Positions 13,420 to 26,704 of a stretch of DNA of 64,000 nt are shown here, in pieces. Origin of the DNA: Scyliorhinus canicula (taxonomy: Eukaryota); assembly GCF_902713615.1 (NCBI RefSeq), contig NW_024055909.1, forward strand, positions 248,001 through 312,000, in the 5' to 3' direction. The notes under the pieces were generated by a model. It did not search any database. It was not told where the DNA came from and saw only the letters and a list, made by a program, of their open reading frames with translations. Position numbers and translations under genes: made by a program. Each line of letters begins with the position of its first letter. Position 1 is the stretch's first letter.

Positions 13420-13710
13420 AATCATAACAATCTTTATTGTCACAAATAGGCTTACATTAACACTGCTACGAAGTTACTGTGAGAAGCCCCTAGTCTCCAT
13501 ATTCCGAGCGCCTGTTCGGGTACACGGAGGGAGAATTTAGAATGTCCAATTCACCTAAGAGCACATCTTTTAGGACTTGTGGGAGGATAGTGGAGCACCC
13601 AGAGGAAATCCACGCAGACACGGAGAGAACGTGCAGACTCCGCACATACAGTGACGAATCAGGAACCCTGGTGCCGTGAAGCAACAGTGGTAACCACTGT
13701 GCTACCTTCC
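13420..13710 (-). mobile_element. tRNA-derived SINE
   Basis: Minus strand reads GGTAGCACAGTGGTT head...GGAGTCTGCACGTTCTCC core...GTGACAATAAAGATT tail. Confidence 0.85.
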
Positions 13711-14007
13711 CGCACAATAGATAGATAGGTGTTTGATGGTCGGCACAGACGCGATTGGCCGATGGGCCTCTTTCTGCGCTGCTAAACTTTGACTCCACTA
13801 TCTTCTCCATGAAGTTATCAACTGCGGTAATTCAGTATTCATTCCGAGCAACAGAAGAGGCTGTCGCCACTGGATTATGGACCTTACAATTCTCAAATCC
13901 TCCATCTGAAAACCAGAACTTTCTGATTCCAGAGGGACAGTATGAAAGAGTGACACACCGATCTAAGCTGATGAAAGTGAATTAACGCGAGGATGTTGAA
14001 CGTGTTT

Positions 14008-14909
14008 TTAGTGTTTCAGGTAACCCACGAGCGTGGTGAAAGGACATAGAAGAACCTTCTTCAGCTCCTCTCGGAACTTGGTCTGGGCCACCGTATAGAT
14101 GAAGACGTTGTTACAGGAACTGACTAACTGGAGCATGTTGGCTGTCTCCTGCAGGATGTATCGTGGGTCTTTGAAATTCAAGCTGGTGCGGTAGCCCTCA
14201 CCTGTAATCCGCACGTAAAGGAAATGCGCGACATAGGTGACCCACAAGAGGAGGAAGCTGAGCGAGATGGCGAAGAGCAGGACAATAGACTTCTTACGAT
14301 TGGCCATCTCTGCGTCCTTGTGTTTTTCAGCTCCCCGAAGCCTCCTGCGGGCTCTGCTGGCAATTAGGATGTGCCTTACAGTCAGGACGTTAAGAAGCAG
14401 GATGAGGAGAAACGGGAGAAATGGGGTTAAGATGTGGTCCAGCCAGTCATAGGCCTGCCAGGCGGGCAAAGTGTAATAGCTGGACTTAACGGCACAGAAC
14501 CAGGGCACCCCGTTCACAATGTATAAGGGCTGGTAAGTGAAGTAGAAAGGGACGTTCCTAGCACAGCTCAGGCAACAGACCATTCCTATAACTGACAATG
14601 CAGTTTTCTCGGTGCAGTATCTGGTCTTCAGGCGCTGCCAACAGATGGCCACAAATCGGTCAAGGGTAAATGCCACTGTCAGCCAAACTGAACCATCCCG
14701 GGAAAAATAGACCAGTAGAGTGCTGAATATGCATGCGGGGGTAGTGGACAGGACACTCTTCTGAAAGTAGATACGGCCAATTCGGTTGAGGATTATGGCG
14801 GTGATGATGACGAGGGTGTCACTCACTGCTATCGCCACGAGGTAGGAGGTGATACATTTGGATAGTCCGCACCGTCCTCTGGATAATATTACGATGGACA
14901 CCAAGTTGG
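14008..14909 (-). CDS. Class A (rhodopsin-like) GPCR, GPR139/GPR142-like, exon 2 (TM1 end to C-terminus)
   Basis: Open frame with hydrophobic helices: NLVSIVILSRG, YLVAIAVSD, VWLTVAFTLDRFVAIC (DRY-like DRF), TM5 LTPFLPFLLILLLN, TM7 SCNNVFIY. Acceptor TTTCTCACAG|CC at 14910/14909. Stop TAA ends at 14008. Confidence 0.93.
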
Positions 14910-16450
14910 CTGTGAGAAATTAAAAGAGAAGATTTACCCAAGCAGACTCCAAACACCAGCTACTGCGTCATTCCGTTTGTTACTGGAACCATCCTTATCC
15001 TCCGCTTTTCCACCTCCAGACTCCAAATAAGGCAAAGCATTTGGCAATTATTGAATATTCGATACAGGATTCAACACATGTCAAAATAGGAGGAGTGGCA
15101 ATCAGTCCCATTTAAAACTAATCGCTATGTTCATCGAGTCAATCCCTGGAGATGGTGATCAAATTTGTTGTCGCTTCCCTTATTCAGTCAATTCCCACCC
15201 ACCCAACATCCCTACTGGCTCCCACTCAGGCAATCTTGCTGTTTAACTAATTTCGCCGTTCTAATTTTAAACGCTGTCCATCATCTCCCTCTCCCGATTC
15301 ATTTAACATGCTCCAACTATCTGAGATCACAGGATGCTTCCAGGTCTAGATTTTTGCAGATTTTACCCTTTGCGGCTGTCTCGATTATGCCTTTAGCTGC
15401 AGATACCTGGAATTCTCTAAATGGCTAAATTTCTCCTTTTTGCTGCAGGAGAATCCTTAGAAACTGAACCCATTGAGAAAATGTACGTCAAATATCTCCT
15501 TTGGTCGTCCGGTATGAAAATAAATTGTTAAAGTTGCTGTGACGCATCCCCACTCTCCGTACCGGAGTGTCTAAAGAGATAAATACATCACCTTCTCAAG
15601 TGAAAACTCGAGTGAAGAATAAATGCTGACCTTGCCATTATTACGTGCATACAGTTAATGATTAAAGACAAAACGTATAATACATTTAAAAATCTTGAAA
15701 CTCCACACACCTCATTAAAAGCGTTCCGTGCGGTATGAGGGAGCAGACATGGGTCGAATTCTCTCTCGAAGGGTCGGTGCAGACTAAATAGGTCAAATGG
15801 CCTCATTCTATACTGCACCGATTCTATTTGATACTCATGTGTGAGATTTTGCAACTAATTCCTCAAACCTCAATAACAATGAGTGTGGCCGAGTACTACC
15901 TCACTGCACAGTAATGATTACAAATTGCTGTAGGTCGCACTGTAGATTTGTAGAATCAATAAATGACTGTTGAATTACAATTAATCTAATTCAGTCATTA
16001 TACTGTAATAATTCATCTTCTGATGCTGCAGTAAGATCAGCGAATGAAATGCATGTCACTTTGTAGGTTTTATCCTGCACAACACTTTAAAGATTGGATT
16101 ACATTTGACTACATTTGAACTGAACCAATTGTTCAGCCACATAAGGGGTTAACGTTCCTACAAATCCTTATATTTCAAGTCATATTTTAGTCTTCTAATA
16201 AACTATGTCTCTCCATGTACGGCATAATAATGTGAATGATATTTTGTAATTTCCCATTACGCAAGTACAGATAAAGCAAAATAATTCACGGTAACACGCG
16301 TAATATTATCCAATAATATTATTTATGTTGTAACCAGTTGGACGTTCCCAACTCACAAACATCGCTCAATACTGGAGAAAAAACATTTCGATCCTGAAAG
16401 GAAAGGGAGATTTACATGAACGTGAGAACTATTTCAAATCTATCACTTAC

Positions 16451-16520
16451 CAGGCACACCAATGGCAGCGAGAATGGGATAGGAAATTGCAAAGAAGAGG
16501 CCATTCGCTGGTCCGTGCAT
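16451..16520 (-). CDS. GPR139-like GPCR exon 1 (MHGPANGLFFAISYPILAAIGVP)
   Basis: ATG at 16520-16518. The 70-nt coding part ends CCTG|GTAAGT (phase 1) and joins exon 2 (G+CC = Ala) in frame, giving TM1 YPILAAIGVPANLVSIVIL and a 323-aa protein. Confidence 0.88.
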
Positions 16521-16889
16521 CGTCTCTCAGAAACGGCATGAATTACCCAAGCCGCAAATTTAGCTCTGCGGCGGATTCAAATCATCTCTCATTTATTCTG
16601 AATGAGAGTCTCCGGAGGAATAATTAAGGTGGAACCTGCACCTTGGCTACGGGCCAGTGAAATAACATATTCACTCACGGTTTCAGGCCTCTAATGAGGA
16701 ACGGGCATGATTCAATTTTGTAACAGTCCCAAAGGCTGATCTCCCCTTTGGATTGAAAGCTGACTGGTGACGAGAAACCTGAGGGCCACAACACCCCAGG
16801 CGAGGGGCAAGGTTGAGAAGGTGGGATCTTCATGAATAACCTCAGCTGGCATGGGAATTGAACCCACACTGTTAACGTCGCTCCTTATC

Positions 16890-17240
16890 ATAGATCATAG
16901 AATTTACAGTGCAGAAGGAGGCCATTCAGCCCATCAAGTCTGCACCGGCTCTTGGAAAGAGCACCCTACCCAAGGTCAACAATTCCATCCTATCCCCATA
17001 ACCCAGTAACCCCACCCAACACTAAGAGCAATTTTGGACACTAAGGGCAATTTATCATGGCCAATCCACCTAACCTGCACATCTTTGGACTGTGGGAGGA
17101 AACCGGAGCACCCGGAGGAAACCCACGCACACACGGGGAGGATGTGCAGACTCTGCACAGACAGTGACCCAAGCCGGAATCGTACCTGGGACCCTGGAGC
17201 TGTGAAGCGATTGTGCTATCCACAATGCTACCGTGATGCC
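16890..17240 (-). mobile_element. tRNA-head SINE with CR1-like tail (copy A; duplicated at 21306-21656)
   Basis: Minus strand: GGGCATCACGGTAGCATTGTGGATAGCACAATCGCTTCACAGCTCCAGGG head, GGATTGGCCATGATAAATTGCCC core, CTATGATCTAT tail. Confidence 0.88.
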
Positions 17241-18745
17241 CTTTCACGGCCGCTTTGATAACTGAGCTAAGCAACCCCATTATAAATTGGCGAAGGTATT
17301 TGCCGATGGAAGATATTGAGCTGGGCTCCGATCTCAAATTCAAAAACCGTCTCTTCCGGTATCTGCTAGGTGGCCAATTATTTCGTGCATTTATGTGTCA
17401 GATTAGTTCGTTCATTTTGCTTTCATACTTGCAGTATTTAAGGCTTCCCTGCTCCCTAAATATGTTAAATAGTTTGAAAGATGAATCATCTGAAATCACG
17501 ATTTTCGTTTTTTACCAGCTCTTCTCCCGCTGTCATACACAGTGAACACAGGTGGATTTCACGGAAATGATAAATAGCAACTGAAGTTAATATGCCATGT
17601 TTCCTTTAACAAGCAAAATAATACACCCGTATATGTGTTTACAAACAACACGGAAAATTAATTCCACATCACAGAATTTATCATCCACATGCATTTTATT
17701 GTTTTGATCAAAATAACTGTCATCCTGCATTTTCTGTTTCATTTTCCAGCAGCAAACATTATACCTATAAACGTTTTGTTTTAAAGGACGCGTGTAAAGA
17801 GAATATGGGGGGATGAGCTTAATGAAAGTCAATGAAGCGAAATCAATTTAATGGCATGCTGATCTGTGTTCACTCTGACCTTGTTCTCTCAACAGAAAGC
17901 ACATTAAGGTTTAAGTACAACCACTTTGCTCGGATAGACCCAACTCTTTTAGGGGCAGGAGCTACATTTACCCATGCAACAAGGTAGATAACTAACATCA
18001 TCCGAGTGATTCCAGGAGTTGAGACAGTTCCTGGAATTTCAAGGGTTAAAATATGTACTAATACAGCGAGAAAATCCAGCCTGCCCTACATATTCTAAAA
18101 TGTTAATAAAATAATTCGACGTTCAGTCACTACTGAAATGTAAGAAATGAGCGACTATACGAACAAGAAGCTCCCACAAAAAGTAACGTTATTATTTCAG
18201 TGACGATGTTAAGCGCTGAGAATGTGCCCCGGACGCTTCAGAAAGATCTCTGGTATGGAATATTTTGCAGAATAGAGCTGCCTGCCCCTCGGAAGAGGGT
18301 CTGATCCGAAATGTGGCAACTCCGTCTGTCCAGCATGTCCTCAGTGCTGACACCCAAAAGCAGCCTGGATTGTGGGCTGAAGTCTAGGGACTGAGAATTG
18401 AACCTACAAATTTGTAACTCAGAACGAATAACTAACTCAATCTGAGCATGAACAGACACTTGCAAAGCAACGCAGATTCCTTTGGACTGGAGAGAACGCC
18501 TGTGGCTGTTCAGAGACTAAGGTGATCTTTGTGTAGCGGGAGATGTGTTTTAAACTACTGTGATCTTCAACCCGCAGAAATAGAGAGTGGTGTCCTGGAT
18601 TTCCGCTCGAGCGGTCGTTGAAGGAAACCTATTTTGTGCGTGAGTCTGACCGGCCTTGAATCTTCCCTTACCAATATACGCGTCAGTTTATCCCGATACA
18701 GAATAAAACTCGAAATCTGGTTTGTCTTCTGCCTGTACCAATAGA

Positions 18746-18942
18746 TGTGGAGATGCTGGCGTTGGACTGGGGTGAGCACAGTAAGAAGTCTTACAACACC
18801 TGGTTAAAGTCCAACAGGTATGTTTCATACACGAGCTTTCGGAGCGCAGCTCATTCACCTGAGGAAGGAGCTGCGCTCCGAAAGCACGTGTTTGAAACAA
18901 ACCTGTTGGACTTTAACCTGGTGTTGTAAGACTTCTTACTGT
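18746..18942. mobile_element. Penelope-type palindromic terminal fragment (~165-nt hairpin); duplicate at 23162-23358
   Basis: Near-perfect inverted repeat, arms 18778-18852 and 18868-18942. Flanked by the direct repeat CTGTACCAATAGA (18733-18745, 18939-18951). Contains CTGAGGA-A-GGAG-CTGCG-CTCC-GAAA. The Penelope assignment is from recall of such elements, not a search. Confidence 0.65.
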
Positions 18943-19254
18943 ACCAATAGAGATCGGGGTTACCGAGCTTTGTTGTGATTGGATTGGATTGGTTTATTGT
19001 CACTTTTACCGAGGTACAATGAAAAGCATTGTTCTGCGTAATTACTGTCTATCACACTATCTTTTAAGTCACGTAGACAGTTTCCTCAGTTTCCCGAAAT
19101 AAACATGAACTGTGGGTTGTGACAGAAAGTCCAGGACAGCTACAACACGATCATCTACCAGGCAATGTAGAAAATTGCCCAGCTGTGTGCTGTACACAGA
19201 AACAGTCCGATTACGTAAGTGAAGGAAGGAGTCACCAACAGTGTTAGCAGAGGG

Positions 19255-19840
19255 CACTTGGATTTGAATTTGGATTTGTTTATTGTCACGTGTACAGAGG
19301 TACAGTGAAAAGTATTTTTCTGCGAGCAGCTCAAACAGGTCATTTAGTACATGAAAGGGAAAGGAAATGCATAATAGTGCAACACAAGTGTCATAAAAAA
19401 CAATGATACCGGCATGAGGTGAAGCGTAGAGGAGGGTAGTATTAATCAGGTCAGTCCAAAAGTGGGCCGTTGAGAAGTCTGGCAACAGAGGGGAAGATGC
19501 TGTTTTTGAATCTGTTCGTGCGTGTTCTCAGACTTTTATATCTACTGCCCGATGGAATAAGTTGTACGCTGGGTGGGAGGTGTCTTTGATTATGCTGCCT
19601 GCTTTCCCAAGGCAGCGGGAGGTGTAGACAGAGTCAATGGATGGGAGGCAGGTTTTTGTGATAGACTGGGCGGTGTTCACGACTCTTTGAAGTTTCTTGC
19701 GGTCTTGGGCCGAGCAGTTGCCATACCAGGCTGTGATGCAGCCAGATGGGATGCTTTCTATGGTGCATCCATAAAAGTTAGTAAGAGCCAATGCGGACAT
19801 GCCGAATTTCCTTAATTTCCTGAGTTGCCGAATTTCCTTA
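19255..19840 (-). mobile_element. Rex1/Babar-type LINE 3' fragment (duplicate at 23671-24256; another copy at ~28610-29130)
   Basis: ORF 19528-19800 reads LTNFYGCTIESIPSGCITAWYGNCSAQDRKKLQRVVNTAQSIT, the DUF1891-like C-terminal motif of fish LINE ORF2s. Confidence 0.75.
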
Positions 19841-22800
19841 GTTTCACTTACTCAGCAATAACAGGCTCACGGACGCTCAGTATGAATTCCAGGGTCCCTC
19901 AGCTCCTGACCTCATTGAAGCTATGGTTCAACCATGGACAAAAGAGTTGAATTCTAGAGGTGAGGTGAGAGTGACTGCCCTTGATATCAAAGCAGCATTT
20001 GACCGAATATGGCATCAAGGAGCCCTATTTAAACTGGAGTCAATGGGAATCAGGGGGAAAATTCTCCGCTGGTTGTAGTCATGCCTGCAACAAAAAAAGA
20101 TGGTTGTGGTGGTTGGAGGTAAATCATCTCAGTTCCAGAACATCACTGGAGTACCTCAGGGTAGTGTCCTAGGCCCAACCATCATCAGTTGACTCAACAA
20201 GGATCTCGCTTCCATCATCAAGTCAGAAGTGGGGATGTTTGTGAATGATGAACAATGTTCAGCACCATTCGCGACTCCTTAGATAATGAATCAGTCCATG
20301 TCCAAATACAGCAAGACCTGGATAATATCCAGGCGTGGGCTGACAAGTGGCAAGTTACATTCGCGCGACACAAGTGCCAGGTAATGACCATCTCCTACAA
20401 GAGAGGATCTCTGCTGATGCAGCTCCACGTTCATTTTGCTTTCCCCGATGTCTATGTTCATGTATTTACATTGTGCATTTATCGTTTTTCATCCATTGAA
20501 TGATCTGCCTGTTCGATAGGCAGAACAATACTTTTCACTGTACCTAGGTACACGTGAACATGAATCGAAATCTAACCATCACTTCTTTACATTCAATGGT
20601 ATTACCATCGCTAAATTCCACACAATCAATATCCTGGGGGTTGCTAATGATCAGAAACTGAACGGGACAAGACAATACATAGAAAATAGAAGCAGGAGGA
20701 GGCCATTCGGCCTTTGGCTACGAGGACAGGTAAATGGTGAGGAATCTTACAGCGAGTAACACCTCCGAGCCCCCCGAAGCCTGTCCACCACCTCCAAGGC
20801 ACAAATCAGGTGTGTAATGGAATACTCTCCACTTGCCTGGCGGAAACAGCTCCAATAACAATCAAGAATCTCGACCATTAGGCTGAGCAGTGCGCAAGAG
20901 GAGGAGGAATTCACCCTCTCCAGGGCGCCCGACCACGTTCCATCTTCAATCTCTTCCCCTAGCTCTACCTCCCATTTCGCTTTGAGCTCTTCTACTGAAG
21001 CCTCCTCCTCCTCCTGCATCAGCTGGTAAATAGCCGAGATCTTTCCTTCACCGACCCACGTCCCCGAATGCACCCTATCCTGCACCCACCTTTGCGGCAG
21101 CCGCGGAAACTCCGCCACCTGCCTCTTCACAAATGCCCTGACTGCATATACTTAAAAGTGTTCCCAGGGGGGAGGTTCCACTTCCCCACCAGCTCCTCCA
21201 GAGTTGCGAATAGGGCTCACATGACAGGGGCAATGATGAGCCGGTTCTTCGGAGGGGAAGACAGGTGCGGGAGGTGTTCGGGAGGCCCGGCAAACCACAC
21301 CCATATAGATACATAGAATTTACAGTGCAGAAGGAGGCCATTCAGCCCATCAAGTCTGCACCGGCTCTTGGAAAGAGCACCCTACCCAAGGTCAACAATT
21401 CCATCCTATCCCCATAACCCAGTAACCCCACCCAACACTAAGAGCAATTTTGGACACTAAGGGCAATTTATCATGGCCAATCCACCTAACCTGCACATCT
21501 TTGGACTGTGGGAGGAAACCGGAGCACCCGGAGGAAACCCACGCACACACGGGGAGGATGTGCAGACTCTGCACAGACAGTGACCCAAGCCGGAATCGTA
21601 CCTGGGACCCTGGAGCTGTGAAGCGATTGTGCTATCCACAATGCTACCGTGATGCCCTTTCACGGCCGCTTTGATAACTGAGCTAAGCAACCCCATTATA
21701 AATTGGCGAAGGTATTTGCCGATGGAAGATATTGAGCTGGGCTCCGATCTCAAATTCAAAAACCGTCTCTTCCGGTATCTGCTAGGTGGCCAATTATTTC
21801 GTGCATTTATGTGTCAGATTAGTTCGTTCATTTTGCTTTCATACTTGCAGTATTTAAGGCTTCCCTGCTCCCTAAATATGTTAAATAGTTTGAAAGATGA
21901 ATCATCTGAAATCACGATTTTCGTTTTTTACCAGCTCTTCTCCCGCTGTCATACACAGTGAACACAGGTGGATTTCACGGAAATGATAAATAGCAACTGA
22001 AGTTAATATGCCATGTTTCCTTTAACAAGCAAAATAATACACCCGTATATGTGTTTACAAACAACACGGAAAATTAATTCCACATCACAGAATTTATCAT
22101 CCACATGCATTTTATTGTTTTGATCAAAATAACTGTCATCCTGCATTTTCTGTTTCATTTTCCAGCAGCAAACATTATACCTATAAACGTTTTGTTTTAA
22201 AGGACGCGTGTAAAGAGAATATGGGGGGATGAGCTTAATGAAAGTCAATGAAGCGAAATCAATTTAATGGCATGCTGATCTGTGTTCACTCTGACCTTGT
22301 TCTCTCAACAGAAAGCACATTAAGGTTTAAGTACAACCACTTTGCTCGGATAGACCCAACTCTTTTAGGGGCAGGAGCTACATTTACCCATGCAACAAGG
22401 TAGATAACTAACATCATCCGAGTGATTCCAGGAGTTGAGACAGTTCCTGGAATTTCAAGGGTTAAAATATGTACTAATACAGCGAGAAAATCCAGCCTGC
22501 CCTACATATTCTAAAATGTTAATAAAATAATTCGACGTTCAGTCACTACTGAAATGTAAGAAATGAGCGACTATACGAACAAGAAGCTCCCACAAAAAGT
22601 AACGTTATTATTTCAGTGACGATGTTAAGCGCTGAGAATGTGCCCCGGACGCTTCAGAAAGATCTCTGGTATGGAATATTTTGCAGAATAGAGCTGCCTG
22701 CCCCTCGGAAGAGGGTCTGATCCGAAATGTGGCAACTCCGTCTGTCCAGCATGTCCTCAGTGCTGACACCCAAAAGCAGCCTGGATTGTGGGCTGAAGTC

Positions 22801-24264
22801 TAGGGACTGAGAATTGAACCTACAAATTTGTAACTCAGAACGAATAACTAACTCAATCTGAGCATGAACAGACACTTGCAAAGCAACGCAGATTCCTTTG
22901 GACTGGAGAGAACGCCTGTGGCTGTTCAGAGACTAAGGTGATCTTTGTGTAGCGGGAGATGTGTTTTAAACTACTGTGATCTTCAACCCGCAGAAATAGA
23001 GAGTGGTGTCCTGGATTTCCGCTCGAGCGGTCGTTGAAGGAAACCTATTTTGTGCGTGAGTCTGACCGGCCTTGAATCTTCCCTTACCAATATACGCGTC
23101 AGTTTATCCCGATACAGAATAAAACTCGAAATCTGGTTTGTCTTCTGCCTGTACCAATAGATGTGGAGATGCTGGCGTTGGACTGGGGTGAGCACAGTAA
23201 GAAGTCTTACAACACCTGGTTAAAGTCCAACAGGTATGTTTCATACACGAGCTTTCGGAGCGCAGCTCATTCACCTGAGGAAGGAGCTGCGCTCCGAAAG
23301 CACGTGTTTGAAACAAACCTGTTGGACTTTAACCTGGTGTTGTAAGACTTCTTACTGTACCAATAGAGATCGGGGTTACCGAGCTTTGTTGTGATTGGAT
23401 TGGATTGGTTTATTGTCACTTTTACCGAGGTACAATGAAAAGCATTGTTCTGCGTAATTACTGTCTATCACACTATCTTTTAAGTCACGTAGACAGTTTC
23501 CTCAGTTTCCCGAAATAAACATGAACTGTGGGTTGTGACAGAAAGTCCAGGACAGCTACAACACGATCATCTACCAGGCAATGTAGAAAATTGCCCAGCT
23601 GTGTGCTGTACACAGAAACAGTCCGATTACGTAAGTGAAGGAAGGAGTCACCAACAGTGTTAGCAGAGGGCACTTGGATTTGAATTTGGATTTGTTTATT
23701 GTCACGTGTACAGAGGTACAGTGAAAAGTATTTTTCTGCGAGCAGCTCAAACAGGTCATTTAGTACATGAAAGGGAAAGGAAATGCATAATAGTGCAACA
23801 CAAGTGTCATAAAAAACAATGATACCGGCATGAGGTGAAGCGTAGAGGAGGGTAGTATTAATCAGGTCAGTCCAAAAGTGGGCCGTTGAGAAGTCTGGCA
23901 ACAGAGGGGAAGATGCTGTTTTTGAATCTGTTCGTGCGTGTTCTCAGACTTTTATATCTACTGCCCGATGGAATAAGTTGTACGCTGGGTGGGAGGTGTC
24001 TTTGATTATGCTGCCTGCTTTCCCAAGGCAGCGGGAGGTGTAGACAGAGTCAATGGATGGGAGGCAGGTTTTTGTGATAGACTGGGCGGTGTTCACGACT
24101 CTTTGAAGTTTCTTGCGGTCTTGGGCCGAGCAGTTGCCATACCAGGCTGTGATGCAGCCAGATGGGATGCTTTCTATGGTGCATCCATAAAAGTTAGTAA
24201 GAGCCAATGCGGACATGCCGAATTTCCTTAATTTCCTGAGTTGCCGAATTTCCTTAGTTTCACT

Positions 24265-25295
24265 TACTCAGCAATAACAGGCTCACGGACGCTCAGTATG
24301 AATTCCAGGGTCCCTCAGCTCCTGACCTCATTGAAGCTATGGTTCAACCATGGACAAAAGAGTTGAATTCTAGAGGTGAGGTGAGAGTGACTGCCCTTGA
24401 TATCAAAGCAGCATTTGACCGAATATGGCATCAAGGAGCCCTATTTAAACTGGAGTCAATGGGAATCAGGGGGAAAATTCTCCGCTGGTTGTAGTCATGC
24501 CTGCAACAAAAAAAGATGGTTGTGGTGGTTGGAGGTAAATCATCTCAGTTCCAGAACATCACTGGAGTACCTCAGGGTAGTGTCCTAGGCCCAACCATCA
24601 TCAGTTGACTCAACAAGGATCTCGCTTCCATCATCAAGTCAGAAGTGGGGATGTTTGTGAATGATGAACAATGTTCAGCACCATTCGCGACTCCTTAGAT
24701 AATGAATCAGTCCATGTCCAAATACAGCAAGACCTGGATAATATCCAGGCGTGGGCTGACAAGTGGCAAGTTACATTCGCGCGACACAAGTGCCAGGTAA
24801 TGACCATCTCCTACAAGAGAGGATCTCTGCTGATGCAGCTCCACGTTCATTTTGCTTTCCCCGATGTCTATGTTCATGTATTTACATTGTGCATTTATCG
24901 TTTTTCATCCATTGAATGATCTGCCTGTTCGATAGGCAGAACAATACTTTTCACTGTACCTAGGTACACGTGAACATGAATCGAAATCTAACCATCACTT
25001 CTTTACATTCAATGGTATTACCATCGCTAAATTCCACACAATCAATATCCTGGGGGTTGCTAATGATCAGAAACTGAACGGGACAAGACAATACATAGAA
25101 AATAGAAGCAGGAGGAGGCCATTCGGCCTTTGGCTACGAGGACAGGTAAATGGTGAGGAATCTTACAGCGAGTAACACCTCCGAGCCCCCCGAAGCCTGT
25201 CCACCACCTCCAAGGCACAAATCAGGTGTGTAATGGAATACTCTCCACTTGCCTGGCGGAAACAGCTCCAATAACAATCAAGAATCTCGACCATT
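24265..25295 (+). mobile_element. Decayed non-LTR retrotransposon RT fragments (CR1/L2-Jockey group); duplicate at ~19850-20879
   Basis: GVPQGSVLGP-like, IQQDLDNIQAWADKWQVTF and EYSPLAW-like motifs. Same family at 26960-27235 (-), 30810-32810 (+) and 48230-49720 (+). Confidence 0.75.
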
Positions 25296-26704
25296 AGGCT
25301 GAGCAGTGCGCAAGAGGAGGAGGAATTCACCCTCTCCAGGGCGCCCGACCACGTTCCATCTTCAATCTCTTCCCCTAGCTCTACCTCCCATTTCGCTTTG
25401 AGCTCTTCTACTGAAGCCTCCTCCTCCTCCTGCATCAGCTGGTAAATAGCCGAGATCTTTCCTTCACCGACCCACGTCCCCGAATGCACCCTATCCTGCA
25501 CCCACCTTTGCGGCAGCCGCGGAAACTCCGCCACCTGCCTCTTCACAAATGCCCTGACTGCATATACTTAAAAGTGTTCCCAGGGGGGAGGTTCCACTTC
25601 CCCACCAGCTCCTCCAGAGTTGCGAATAGGGCTCACATGACAGGGGCAATGATGAGCCGGTTCTTCGGAGGGGAAGACAGGTGCGGGAGGTGTTCGGGAG
25701 GCCCGGCAAACCACACCCATATAGATACATAGAATTTACAGTGCAGAAGGAGGCCATTCGGCCCATTGAGTCTGCACCGGCTCCTGGAAAGAGCACCCTA
25801 CCCAAGGTTAACACCTCCACCCTATCCCCATAACCCAGTAACCCCACCCAACACTAAGGGCAATTTTGGACACTAAGGGCAGTTTATCATGGCCAATCCA
25901 CCTAACCTGCACATCTTTGGATTGTGGGAGGGAACCGGAGCACCCGGAGGAAACCCACGTACACACAGGGAGGACGTGCAGACTCCGCACAGACAGTGAC
26001 CCAGCCAGGAATCGAATCTGACACCCTGGAGCTGTGAAGCGATTGTGCTATCCACAATGCAACCGTGCTGCCCACTGCCCATATGTTCTGGGCTTATCCG
26101 GCCTTGGAGAGGATTTGGAAGGGGGTGGCGGGGACTTTGTCGGAAGTGGTCGGGTCGAGGGTCAAGCCGGGCTGGGGGCTCGCGATCTTTGGGGTAGCTT
26201 CGGAGCCGGGAGTGCAGGAGGCGAGAGAGGCCGGCATTCTGTCCTTTGCGTCTCTTGTAGCCCGGCGCAGGATTCTGTTACAATGTAGGGATACGCAGTC
26301 CCCGAGTTCAGAGACCTGGGTCAATGACATGGCTGGGTTCATCAAGTTGGAGAGGATGAAGTTTGCCCTGTGGGGGTCGATACAGGGGTTCTTTCGGAGT
26401 TGGCAGCCCTTTCTCGACTTCCTGGTGAAGGGGTAGAGAGTGGTCGGTCTCAGCAGCAACTTGGAGGGGGGGGGGGGGGGGGGGCGGGGGGGGTGGGCAC
26501 TGGGGATGGTGAGGGGGTTTGGTTTTGCGGCGGTGGGTTTCCTATGTTCTTCTTTCTTGTATTGCTGTTGGTTTTTTTGTTATTATTTATTTTGGGGGCT
26601 GAGTTCTTTTCTTGTCTTGGTGTGGAAACACGCCTTGTTTGTTTTAAATTGTGGTGAGAAAATTTGTTTTTGAAAAACTTGAATAAAAATGATTTTTAAA
26701 AAAA
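25296..26704 (+). mobile_element. 5'-truncated L1-clade LINE with an inverted 5' segment and an internal SINE
   Basis: Minus segment 25296-~25617 ends ...ERVNSSSSCALLSL. Plus segment from ~25618 continues VANRAHMT...CGRCSGGPANHTH[SINE]MFWAYP...WQPFLDFL, then a G-rich 3' UTR, AATAAA and an A-tail. Target-site duplication AATCTCGACCATT at 25283-25295 and 26705-26717. Confidence 0.88.
25722..26070 (-). mobile_element. SINE (copy B) inserted in the L1 ORF2
   Basis: Same family as 16890-17240 but diverged from it. Flanked by CCCATAT on both sides, splitting L1 codons HTH|MFW. Confidence 0.88.

Larger units (their letters stand above)
16896..25727. repeat. Tandem duplication, 2 x 4,416 bp (16896-21311 and 21312-25727)
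   Basis: Every ORF in 16976-21316 recurs with identical translation at +4416. Spot checks of non-coding stretches found no differences. Confidence 0.97.

Noticed and set aside
26463-26505. G-run / G-quadruplex-capable tract (also 6836-6848 and 62353-62369)
   Set aside because: Lies in the L1 3' UTR or is a simple homopolymer; expected, and run lengths are unreliable.
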